Of a DNA stretch of 64,000 bases, positions 1 to 8,338 are shown piece after piece. The translations under genes were made by a program, and so were the position numbers. The notes beneath the pieces were generated by a model. It was not told where the DNA came from and made no database searches. It saw only the letters and a program-made list of their open reading frames with translations. Source of the DNA: Ignavibacteria bacterium (GTDB lineage: Bacteria; Bacteroidota; Ignavibacteria; UBA10030; SZUA-254); NCBI GenBank assembly GCA_016178625.1, contig JACOSX010000017.1, positions 6,213-70,212 on the forward strand. Direction: 5' to 3'. Each line of letters begins with the position of its first letter. Positions within the stretch are counted from its first letter, which is position 1.

Positions 1-210
1 ATGGCCGGGAGGGACTGTATCACTATCTCGAATTTTTCCATCAAGACCATGAATACGGACTTCACCGCCGCCTGAGTTGGCAGACATTTGCTTCGCGATG
101 TGTTCTGCCTCCCCTTGTGTATCTGCAAACGCACTTACACGGTCAGCGCCTTCTTTAGTTACGCGCCACTGACCCGAATCTTTGTCTTTCGAAACGTGGT
201 AGTTCGACAT
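1..210 (-). CDS. DUF2188-like small protein, 3' end runs off the window (MSNYHVSKDKDSGQWRVTKEGADRVSAF...)
   Basis: Reverse-strand ORF starting at ATG 208-210 with a GGAG RBS; N-terminus matches the DUF2188 pattern common in phage/ICE genes. Confidence 0.5.
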   Translation of the reverse strand, partial: MSNYHVSKDKDSGQWRVTKEGADRVSAFADTQGEAEHIAKQMSANSGGGEVRIHGLDGKIRDSDTVPPGH

Positions 211-241
211 GTTCAATTTACTCCTCAAAGTATTATGGTTA

Positions 242-961
242 CTAATTATTAAGTGATTTGGTCTTTGGTTTTTTCATAACCTGAATAACCTTACCGTTAA
301 TCATGAAGTCGTCATTCTCATGTATGTGAATCGGTGGAAAGCTCTGTGTTGATTCTGACATAAGAACGATTTGGTTATTGCTTCTGTCCCAATGAAACTT
401 TTTGATATTTGCCATGCCGTCGATTACAGAAATGACGACATCTCCCTCCTTGGGTTCACGGGGTACGCTATCAATGATTACATAGTCTCCGTCTTCTATA
501 GATTTGCCTGCAACATTCGTCCGATTCATTGATGGGCCATTAACTTTCAGTGCGAAAAGCTTATGAGTCGCTGGCACATTAACGAACGTACTTGACACAC
601 GAAGAAATCCCTCGATGTTTTCTTCTGCAAAAAGTTGTGCCGGACCTGCATTTGCTGAACCAAGGACTGGTATTGCCAAGAGGCGAGCCTTCTTGAGAAG
701 ACCAGACAGTGATTTTTGACCAGTCCTTTCGATCAAACCCCTTTTGCGATCAATTCGGATCAAGCCTTTTCTTTCAAGTTGATTTAAGTGATGCTTAATG
801 AGCTGGGGGGACTCTTCGCCAACAAACTTACCGATTTGTCGAAGGGTATACTGTCCAATATTTTTTTCTTGAGCGAGCTTGAGTAGTTTTTCTTGGAGTA
901 TATGCATGGCCATTTCAATATAATCCTTTCGTTTATGAAAGTCAAATTTAACTCTTGACAA
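242..961 (-). CDS. LexA-like S24 peptidase family repressor (N-terminal wHTH, Ala-Gly cleavage site, Ser/Lys dyad)
   Basis: 239 aa. The N-terminus resembles the LexA DNA-binding domain, ANAG supplies the Ala-Gly site, GPSM the Ser nucleophile, and the IKKF lysine the general base. Confidence 0.8.
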   Translation of the reverse strand: MSRVKFDFHKRKDYIEMAMHILQEKLLKLAQEKNIGQYTLRQIGKFVGEESPQLIKHHLNQLERKGLIRIDRKRGLIERTGQKSLSGLLKKARLLAIPVLGSANAGPAQLFAEENIEGFLRVSSTFVNVPATHKLFALKVNGPSMNRTNVAGKSIEDGDYVIIDSVPREPKEGDVVISVIDGMANIKKFHWDRSNNQIVLMSESTQSFPPIHIHENDDFMINGKVIQVMKKPKTKSLNN

Positions 962-1401
962 GACTTAAATCAATATGATCAAGATTGAACTCATTCCGTA
1001 AGGGAGTCAATCTCAGGGAAGTATCGGATTTCTTTCAACACGAAAGGTGACATAGAGAAGACCTCTTGTAGCCTCACACTGGAGGTGAAAACAAATAAAA
1101 AGGAAGCAGCATTTTGCCACTTCCTTTACCCACGTTTCTTACCAACGCAGGTTTCGTCGCCTCCCGACGACAGATAACTTCAGCTCCTTCGTGAACTGCC
1201 GACGACTCATACGCCATGTTCTGCTTTCCGCCTAACAAACCCTTTCGTTCTGTCCTGCGTAAGGGGGTTACTCGGAATATGCCTCAATGGACTGCTACTT
1301 TCGTACCAGATGATTCTATACTCTATATACATGCACAAGGGCCTATGCTAAACTTCATCTGAGAGTAGGAAGTTCAAATTAGTCTGTAACCTCATGGATT
1401 A

Positions 1402-2067
1402 ATGCATACTGTCAAGTTGAATGACGATGCCTTGATTGTTATCCAATCCATCGTCGAGCACCACGTAGAAATCGTGTCATTACAACTAATCGCTCATACG
1501 GTCGGATTAAACTGGCGGCAAAGATACGCCACCAGTAAGCTGCAGCTGTCTAACTTGGAGAGCGCCTTTTACCAAGACAAGCCGCTCCAGCGATTAAATT
1601 ATCAACGTGAGGAATTCAGGAATCTAAGCCTTGATAATCTTCCCGAAGTTGAATCTCACGTCGTGTGGTCCATGACCTCGAAGGTCTTGTGCTCCGACGC
1701 GCAGTTTCGCCATATCCCTATGATGAATTTCCACCCCACATTCGGAAGTCTATTGGATATTATTAAGGCGATCAGGTTGGTCTGCGGTACTGAGCCAGGC
1801 TTTCTACTAGCGAGTGGACGTTACTTCCATTATTACGGAAACTTTCTCCTCAATGAAAGGGAGTGGGAAAAATTCCTGGCATCCTTTCTGATGCCTTGCT
1901 GCTTAGTAAGTCCGCGTTATATAGGCAATCGTCTTCTCGCCGGAGAGTGTACCTTGCGATTGACAACGAACGCTATGTACAAGCCCGTGATCCCTCGTGT
2001 GGTGTTCGCATTCGATGGCGGCTCTAAATGGACAAAGTTATCAGAAGCTCCGTTCGTGCTCCACTAG
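1402..2067 (+). CDS. hypothetical protein, 221 aa, divergent from the LexA-like gene
   Basis: Long ORF with no recognisable motif; sits in the divergent promoter region shared with the LexA-like gene. Confidence 0.45.
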   Translation: MHTVKLNDDALIVIQSIVEHHVEIVSLQLIAHTVGLNWRQRYATSKLQLSNLESAFYQDKPLQRLNYQREEFRNLSLDNLPEVESHVVWSMTSKVLCSDAQFRHIPMMNFHPTFGSLLDIIKAIRLVCGTEPGFLLASGRYFHYYGNFLLNEREWEKFLASFLMPCCLVSPRYIGNRLLAGECTLRLTTNAMYKPVIPRVVFAFDGGSKWTKLSEAPFVLH

Positions 2068-2208
2068 TTACGACCATAACCGTTACTGCCGACGCGGTGC
2101 AGGGTTGTCATCCGGCAAGATTAAAGGCAAATCACAGCGAGAACTGGCTCGCAGCTCAACAGTCATTTGAGTCGTTAATAACCTCACAATGTTGCTGTCT
2201 GGCGGAAA

Positions 2209-3147
2209 TCACACAGTTGCCTTTCTGACCAGGAACGTACACGAGGAGGGTGAACTCTTGGGATTTATTTTTGCCTGTAGACTGAACTTCTGTCCTCGGT
2301 GATCGAACTCCCGAATGTGCATATTGACGCCTGTTCGCAGGTAGGAAATCGTATTCTTAATCGCTGAAACGAGAGAGGATTGAAGGTGACCACCCCTTCG
2401 AAGGGATTCATGAGGGGACTTCAAGGAGGGGAAGCTAGCATGTTCTGCCACCAATTTTGGAACGATCCATCCTCGGAATGAGGCTCCCTTAAAAATGAAG
2501 GAACCGTTTGTCTTGATTGATCCGTCGGATTCGATTACGGATTTGAATATAAGGCAATCCCAAAGCCGCAGTTCTCTGACGAGTCGATGGCAAATAACAT
2601 CTGCTGATGCCATGTAAACTTTGGAGAGCCTAGCCAAAGCTTCAAGTGACGGATCCAGTCGTCTCTCCTGAATTACCTCTCGAAGTGATGCTTCTGGAAG
2701 GAGTATCGCACCGGCAACAAAATTCGCGAAATCTTCTTCGACCCAGTACCGACTTCTGACAAATTTTCTTGTGGGAATCTCTTGGTCGATATCATAAAAA
2801 AAAGTATGGCCCACCTCATGTGCGATAGTGAATCGTTTTCTTAATTTAGGCACCTCGGCCCTGATCTTCATCAAAAATCCTCCACGCACCGGAATCAAGA
2901 TTCCTAAGTGAGAAGACGGCAATGCCTTTTCTGATTTTTCCAGGATTCTTCGACACTTGAACAGATTCTCAGGCTGGAATGGTGGTCCGTTCCATTGCTG
3001 CCTTTGCAATTCCTGGCAGATGTAGTCGCTAATCCGTTGCTTAGTTTGCGAAAGAAGTGACTGGCGATCCAGATAAACATAGGTCTCGCCCAGCCACGAT
3101 TTCGCGAGCCACTTGACGGAGGGATCGATCATTTTGGATTCTGTCAT
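2209..3147 (-). CDS. ImmA/IrrE family (COG2856) zinc metallopeptidase with a C-terminal extension
   Basis: HEVGH (HExxH) inside TIAHEVGHTFFYD, typical of the ImmA/IrrE/CapP family. 312 aa, about 150 aa longer than minimal ImmA. Its start overlaps the stop of the HD gene (ATGA). Confidence 0.75.
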   Translation of the reverse strand: MTESKMIDPSVKWLAKSWLGETYVYLDRQSLLSQTKQRISDYICQELQRQQWNGPPFQPENLFKCRRILEKSEKALPSSHLGILIPVRGGFLMKIRAEVPKLRKRFTIAHEVGHTFFYDIDQEIPTRKFVRSRYWVEEDFANFVAGAILLPEASLREVIQERRLDPSLEALARLSKVYMASADVICHRLVRELRLWDCLIFKSVIESDGSIKTNGSFIFKGASFRGWIVPKLVAEHASFPSLKSPHESLRRGGHLQSSLVSAIKNTISYLRTGVNMHIREFDHRGQKFSLQAKINPKSSPSSCTFLVRKATV

Positions 3148-4829
3148 GCTAAGCGAATTCTGGAGTACTCATCGAATGAGAGACTTATAACGCTAGACAA
3201 ATCGTCCGACACGGCGGGTATATTCACTCTTGCGGCGATTCCGAGTACTGAATCATGATCGAGATGTGTCAACTCAGGATGCTGTCCCGTCAATCTGTCC
3301 TCGAACCGGAGTAAATAATGCACGTGTGAGGGATTGAAAAAGGGGCGACAATCTTCAACGTCGCTCTGCAGTCTGAACATAATTTGACAATCACCATGCA
3401 CGAGAGTCTTGACAGAATCATCAATATCTGGATCCACAAATACATACATACACCATAATTCTTTGTGCTTCTGAGTGATTGATGATCTTATTTCTTCGGC
3501 CACACGCGAGGGCGCCTTTTCATCTAAAGGGCCAATGATGTGGCCATCGATATTCACTAACGCCTTAACTGCTTTGTATCCCATGCCCTCACCAGGACAA
3601 TAAATTACTACGCTTCCTTCAGGTAGGTCATTTTGTTTCTCAAGTGACCTCTCCGCTTGCCAACGTACTTCTTTTTTGGCAAGACGTTTGCGAAGAGTTT
3701 CCTTATCCGAATAAACTGGATCCTCTCCACTTTCCCCGCCGAACCGCAATCCGTATACAGGTTTGAAAAGCTTGTGTCTTGATAAATTGCTGGTGAGACG
3801 CTTGGCAATGCTGGTGCCTTCATTTTTCATGTACTCTAAAAGCGAGTCATCGGACATCGAATACAACCGGCTTTTATCAATCTTTTCCCTGTGAAACATG
3901 TCAGTTACTGCGGAGATAATCATCGCGGAGCTTGAAATTTTTGCATGGTGAAAATAGACCTTCTCCGCTAATGAATATCTGAGTCTGAGGAGGTGCAGGA
4001 GTTCGGATTGGACATCGCGTCTAATTTTTTTGGTCGACGGTTTGTGCAACCTCAGTACAAGCCGAGGTTTTCCATTATACGTCGTCACGTAAAGGTAGGA
4101 GAGAAATCGATCATCGTACCCCTCTTCAAGTCCACAAAAATAAAGATCCCTCCGGATGTAGTCCAGCAGATCGGCACACAAGGTGTTCCCAATTATATCT
4201 CCAATGAAGGGTCTGACGAGTCCTTCGACAGTGTGTTCCTCGATGGCTTGAATTGTTGCTCTAAGGTCCCGAAGCACCATTATTGGCTCGTATTGCGTGG
4301 CGCCGCTGTTACTCATTCGTTGTAAACTTTCCGATGTCCTAATGATTTGAGCAACCTCGCTCTTATCTCCCAAGAACCTCTCGGTCCGCTCGGCGTCTTT
4401 CCACTGGCTCATCAACAGGCCACCCTCGTCCTCGATTGTATGTCCGAAGGGGATGTGCGCGAGGTCATGCAACAGCGCACTCAGGCGAATCAGAAGATGA
4501 TCGTAATGGTCGATTTTGATATCAGGATATGGATTGCTATTAACCAATCTGACAAGTTTTTCGGCTACATGAAGACACCCAATAGCATGATCAAATCGTG
4601 TATGCATTGCGCATGGATAAACAAGATGCGTAGTACCTAACTGTCGCAGACCACGCAGACGCTGAAAACATTCAGTATCTATAATTCTTACTTCAAGCTC
4701 TGTAAGCATGATATCACCATGCACGGCGTCGCGAATAGTTTTGTGCGGCTTAAATAAACGCTCTAAATGGCCATCGGGATCTGCTTTCTTACTGTCAAAG
4801 ATAGTTGCCTGAGAAATAGATTTTCTCAT
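3144..4829 (-). CDS. SAMHD1-like HD-domain dNTP triphosphohydrolase (dGTPase family)
   Basis: IRDAVHGDIML..RIIDT..FQRLR..QLG, HTRFDHAIG (H..HD), LLHDLAHIPFGH and DLLDYIRRD line up with the conserved blocks of SAMHD1/Dgt/EF1143; 561 aa. Confidence 0.85.
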   Translation of the reverse strand: MRKSISQATIFDSKKADPDGHLERLFKPHKTIRDAVHGDIMLTELEVRIIDTECFQRLRGLRQLGTTHLVYPCAMHTRFDHAIGCLHVAEKLVRLVNSNPYPDIKIDHYDHLLIRLSALLHDLAHIPFGHTIEDEGGLLMSQWKDAERTERFLGDKSEVAQIIRTSESLQRMSNSGATQYEPIMVLRDLRATIQAIEEHTVEGLVRPFIGDIIGNTLCADLLDYIRRDLYFCGLEEGYDDRFLSYLYVTTYNGKPRLVLRLHKPSTKKIRRDVQSELLHLLRLRYSLAEKVYFHHAKISSSAMIISAVTDMFHREKIDKSRLYSMSDDSLLEYMKNEGTSIAKRLTSNLSRHKLFKPVYGLRFGGESGEDPVYSDKETLRKRLAKKEVRWQAERSLEKQNDLPEGSVVIYCPGEGMGYKAVKALVNIDGHIIGPLDEKAPSRVAEEIRSSITQKHKELWCMYVFVDPDIDDSVKTLVHGDCQIMFRLQSDVEDCRPFFNPSHVHYLLRFEDRLTGQHPELTHLDHDSVLGIAARVNIPAVSDDLSSVISLSFDEYSRIRLA

Positions 4830-4950
4830 CGATCCACAACTCCTTCCATCGGTTGATTACGTTTGACTCGCGATATGAAGAATATCTAACGGAATAAGAT
4901 AGTGATATCCAATACAAAATTCAATACCACTGCCGACGCGGGAACAGTTC

Positions 4951-4995
4951 GGCAGAAAAACACGCCCGCTTTGATATTATTCAAAAACGGGCGTG
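4951..4995 (-). terminator. Rho-independent terminator after the DUF932/SymE/108-aa operon
   Basis: CACGCCCG...CGGGCGTG stem followed by TTTTTCT on the minus strand. Confidence 0.55.
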
Positions 4996-5000
4996 ATTAG

Positions 5001-5327
5001 TTATGTTTTGATTGTGTCTATTTCCACCAAGAATCGTTCGTATTCGTCCTTGGTAAACCAGTCCACCAGCGGCCTCCCGGTGCGGATGAAAGTGAAATTT
5101 CCATCACGCACCAGCACTGGTGGTTTGCTGGGCAGCTCCCATCGGATCGCGAGATAATAGAACTCGATGCGAGTTCCGTCAGAGAGCTTGTGTCTTGCTG
5201 CGATGTCAGCAGTTGCGACTATGCCAGTTGTACCTTTTGGCACGCCTGAGAATGCCACGAGAGTTCGAACTCTTCTTCCGATCTTCGCCAGAGCGGTCTG
5301 CTTGTCAAAGAGCATCTCATTATTCAT
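5001..5327 (-). CDS. hypothetical protein (108 aa) coupled to the SymE-like gene
   Basis: Starts at MNNEMLF with a GGAGG RBS. The ATGAATAA junction overlaps the SymE-like stop; the upstream part of track ORF 5001..5471 is probably not translated. Confidence 0.5.
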   Translation of the reverse strand: MNNEMLFDKQTALAKIGRRVRTLVAFSGVPKGTTGIVATADIAARHKLSDGTRIEFYYLAIRWELPSKPPVLVRDGNFTFIRTGRPLVDWFTKDEYERFLVEIDTIKT

Positions 5328-5583
5328 CGCATACCTCCGTAGATGTTGGACAGATTTTAGTGATGGTGATGCGATCAGGTTCGAGGTTGAGCGTGAACGA
5401 ATCACCGATGTTGAACCCAAAATCCTCAAGGTATTTTCCTCCCAATCGGATGTACGGATGAGGAGAGCCACTCTCGTAATCGTAGTAGCGCGAGCTAACG
5501 GTGCGGCTTCGCGGGATACGTTGATGGTTGTTATCTGATGTCTTGAAGTCTAGCTCGATCATCATTGCCTCGCTTTCCATCAA
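5320..5583 (-). CDS. SymE-like (type I toxin family, AbrB/SpoVT-like fold) protein
   Basis: RYYDY...PHPYIRLGGKYLEDFGFNIGDSF matches the SymE core (Y..Y..P.I.L.GKWLE.AGF..G). ATGA overlap with the DUF932 stop. Confidence 0.6.
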   Translation of the reverse strand: MMESEAMMIELDFKTSDNNHQRIPRSRTVSSRYYDYESGSPHPYIRLGGKYLEDFGFNIGDSFTLNLEPDRITITKICPTSTEVCDE

Positions 5584-6545
5584 TTTCTTGCCTGAACCAT
5601 GTCGAGTGCAAGCTTGAAAGCATCTTTCTTGATTCGCTCTCCTGAGCCGAACCAGATCGACTTCAGACGAGCCGAATCGTCCATGCTCGGCTGGCGATAA
5701 TAGTCCACGTACTCTGTTACTGCATTGTAGGCACTCCAGAGCGTATCTGGAGCGAGGTCGGCTCCTTTGCCGGTATGTGCCAGCTCGAACACCTTCTCTC
5801 GAACCGGATTTTTCCGATGGGGATGTCCGTTGGTAGGGGGATCGGGGAAGACCTTCTTCACGTAGTCGGTTAGCACACGCCCATCGATCCTGATGCTGCT
5901 CATTTGGTTGAAGATGAGGTCGAGTTCCTCGTAGAGCTTGTTAGTGAGCCCGAGAATCTCATGTGCTTCCTTCATCCGTTCAGAGGCATGTGCAGTATGC
6001 CGGATGCGGACTTCCTGTTCCGCACCACTCAAGGCGAGTGACAGAGTATTCTCGCACACGACACGTACAGGAGTCAGTTTGACCCTCACGACGCCGCTTC
6101 CGTCATGCGAGTTGGTGAGAAGCAGAAACTTCTCGACCAAGTCGTTGCCCTTTACACGGATATAGTCAGGCAACTTCGCCAAAAGCCAGATCCGTTCTCC
6201 TTTGCCGAAAGCTCCCGCGGTGTGGTAGATGGCTTCGCCTTCTCCGACCAATGCATCGAAGGTGGTGAAGGCCTGCTCGTTCTGGATCGGTACGTAGCGC
6301 GAGCCAACCACACCGAGCACTTGGTTAGTATCTGCACGTACCGTAGCGAAGTGGCTCTCGACTGGGAGATCAAGTGTCTCGGTCTTGAGCGGAATTTTAT
6401 CAACCGTGAAGCCCAAGCCCGCAGCTTCGATTGCTTCTTGAGCCGTAGCCGGATGGTCGAGCTTGGTGCCGAGCTTGTGCCACGGCACTTCACCGACGTA
6501 CATCATGGCAGCTTTGCCGTTTGTTTCATTGAGATTATGTCCCAT
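5580..6545 (-). CDS. DUF932 family protein (phage/plasmid/ICE associated)
   Basis: 321 aa; the LLLTNSHDGSGVVRVKLTPVRVVCENTL core is typical of DUF932 (TIGR03299-like). Confidence 0.7.
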   Translation of the reverse strand: MGHNLNETNGKAAMMYVGEVPWHKLGTKLDHPATAQEAIEAAGLGFTVDKIPLKTETLDLPVESHFATVRADTNQVLGVVGSRYVPIQNEQAFTTFDALVGEGEAIYHTAGAFGKGERIWLLAKLPDYIRVKGNDLVEKFLLLTNSHDGSGVVRVKLTPVRVVCENTLSLALSGAEQEVRIRHTAHASERMKEAHEILGLTNKLYEELDLIFNQMSSIRIDGRVLTDYVKKVFPDPPTNGHPHRKNPVREKVFELAHTGKGADLAPDTLWSAYNAVTEYVDYYRQPSMDDSARLKSIWFGSGERIKKDAFKLALDMVQARN

Positions 6546-6699
6546 AGTGATATTCTCCTTTCATGGGGTTTGTATTTCTGTTCAGTGAATTGCGTTTAAG
6601 ACAGCAGGCGAAAAGAAAGCCCGTGAAGTTTTTGTATTGCAACCTCACGGGCCTGTTTGAACGTACGATGCAGCGAAGAGTGAGCGTCATCCCGACGTA

Positions 6700-6912
6700 T
6701 CAGGACGAACAAACACCTGCCGCTTCATCGATCGCCTCCCGAAACTTCTCCACGTTCTCACCGAAGACGTTCAGGTACGAGCGTTTCCTCTCCTCGCCGT
6801 CGAATCTCGACTCGCAAATCGAGAGGTACTTGTTGCCGTTCTTCGCTTCCTTCACGTCGATGAAGTAGGTGGATTTTCCTGCCTTGATACTTTTGGAATA
6901 GATTGCGTCCAT
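6700..6912 (-). CDS. PUR-alpha-like (DUF3276-like) single-repeat nucleic-acid-binding protein
   Basis: 70 aa; KAGKSTYFIDVKEAKNGNKYLSI..SR resembles the PUR repeat; AAGGAG RBS. Confidence 0.45.
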   Translation of the reverse strand: MDAIYSKSIKAGKSTYFIDVKEAKNGNKYLSICESRFDGEERKRSYLNVFGENVEKFREAIDEAAGVCSS

Positions 6913-6981
6913 AGGTTTGCTCCTTGGATATTATGGTTAATTGTTGATGGCTTTTCGCCTGTGAATTACTTGAATAGCTGG

Positions 6982-7794
6982 TTAGGCTGATTTCCTCTGC
7001 CACAAGGGGCAGAGATTTGCGTACTCGCACTCCTTGCACCAGAAGCCGGCGCGAGGATAGAAGATTCCTTCGGTGATTGCCTTAAGAACCTGTTCGACGA
7101 GATGGAAGAACACTTCGTAATCTTCATCGACCCGCCGTGTCTCGGTCACTTCGATCCGTGGCTTCTTGTTCTTGATGAAGTTGATGACTTTGAACTTCTT
7201 GGGCGCCCGACCATAGAGACTCTTGAAGGCGTAGCCGTAGGCGGTGAGCTGCAGCATCGATTGGATGTCGAACGAGCTCATGACCTGCGCTGAGGTTTTG
7301 AACTCGACGATGGTGTCGTCGCGCTCCACGATGTCGAAGTACCCCTCCAGGTTTATTCCCAATTCCCTGCCATTCCTAGGATGTACCAACGGTATGACGA
7401 AGGGAATTTCGCTCCCCTTGACTTGAGGGCGTTGCGGATATCTGTGGTACAGTGACATCATTTCTCTCCCCATGACGACGAGTTTCATGTCGTCGTCGCT
7501 ATCCTTGTACCGGATGTCTTCATCGGCTTTCTGGCTGTACCAATCCGTCTCGAAGACCTTGGCGAGCTGTTCCTGAGAAACCTTCGCTCCTGTAAGCTCC
7601 GCCTTGTGAAACCACGACAGAGCCGAGTGGAGCGCGCTGCCGAAGGCAAGCGCGGAAGGGCGGAACGTTCGAGGTATGAGATCTATGTACTGAAACTGGT
7701 ACTTCTGAGGGCATTGGAGGTAGAGCCGTAGTTGGCTGTTGGATAAGTGATCAAGCGGCTGCATGGGATGGCCGACCTCCCTTCGCGTCTTCAA
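6982..7794 (-). CDS. Cas4-like PD-(D/E)xK nuclease (RecB-family, DUF83-like) with a four-Cys cluster
   Basis: D (YFDIV) and E-x-K (VEFKT) motifs; N-terminal LQCP Cys plus C-terminal CKECEYANLC, as in Cas4/AddB Fe-S nucleases. Confidence 0.65.
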   Translation of the reverse strand: MKTRREVGHPMQPLDHLSNSQLRLYLQCPQKYQFQYIDLIPRTFRPSALAFGSALHSALSWFHKAELTGAKVSQEQLAKVFETDWYSQKADEDIRYKDSDDDMKLVVMGREMMSLYHRYPQRPQVKGSEIPFVIPLVHPRNGRELGINLEGYFDIVERDDTIVEFKTSAQVMSSFDIQSMLQLTAYGYAFKSLYGRAPKKFKVINFIKNKKPRIEVTETRRVDEDYEVFFHLVEQVLKAITEGIFYPRAGFWCKECEYANLCPLWQRKSA

Positions 7795-8179
7795 GAAATC
7801 TCTCTATTGCACGGCTCGCTTCGAGCTTGGTGACTTCCTTCAGGGAATTCACCTGAAATTCCTTCTTGAGGCGCTCATGGGCTTGATCGCCTTCGACGCC
7901 TTGATCTGCCAAGAGGCGGAAGAGGAGTCGCTTTTGCGAATCACTCATGTGTGCCTCCACGTTTCCGGAGTTGGGCTTCGCGGATAGATGAGATTTGTCA
8001 TCCTCTTTTTTAGTTGAAGCATTAGACACGACGTGTAGTTTTGCTTCACCGTTATTCCCGCCAAGTTTCACCTGACCGGTTTGTGCAGGTGTGATTTCTG
8101 TCTCCGAGATCGTGACAGTGAACAGCAGGTTACCGCTGGCTGAGCGTACCTCTAGCCTAGCTGCTGGTTGCGGTTGCAT
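7751..8179 (-). CDS. hypothetical protein (142 aa)
   Basis: ORF with an AAAGGAG RBS, first gene of the minus-strand DNA-processing operon; its 3' end overlaps the Cas4-like start. Confidence 0.4.
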   Translation of the reverse strand: MQPQPAARLEVRSASGNLLFTVTISETEITPAQTGQVKLGGNNGEAKLHVVSNASTKKEDDKSHLSAKPNSGNVEAHMSDSQKRLLFRLLADQGVEGDQAHERLKKEFQVNSLKEVTKLEASRAIERFLEDAKGGRPSHAAA

Positions 8180-8338
8180 GTTGTCTTTCTCCTTTCTTGT
8201 GATGTTGTGAATGATCTGTGTTGTCTCTTATCCTCTAGTATTTCTCTAGAGCCGAACTGCTACAAGGCGGGAGAAATTGTCTCTGGCGTAAAGAATGCCC
8301 TACTTCGCTAGCTTCTAGGTTGTGGATATCATGGAAGT

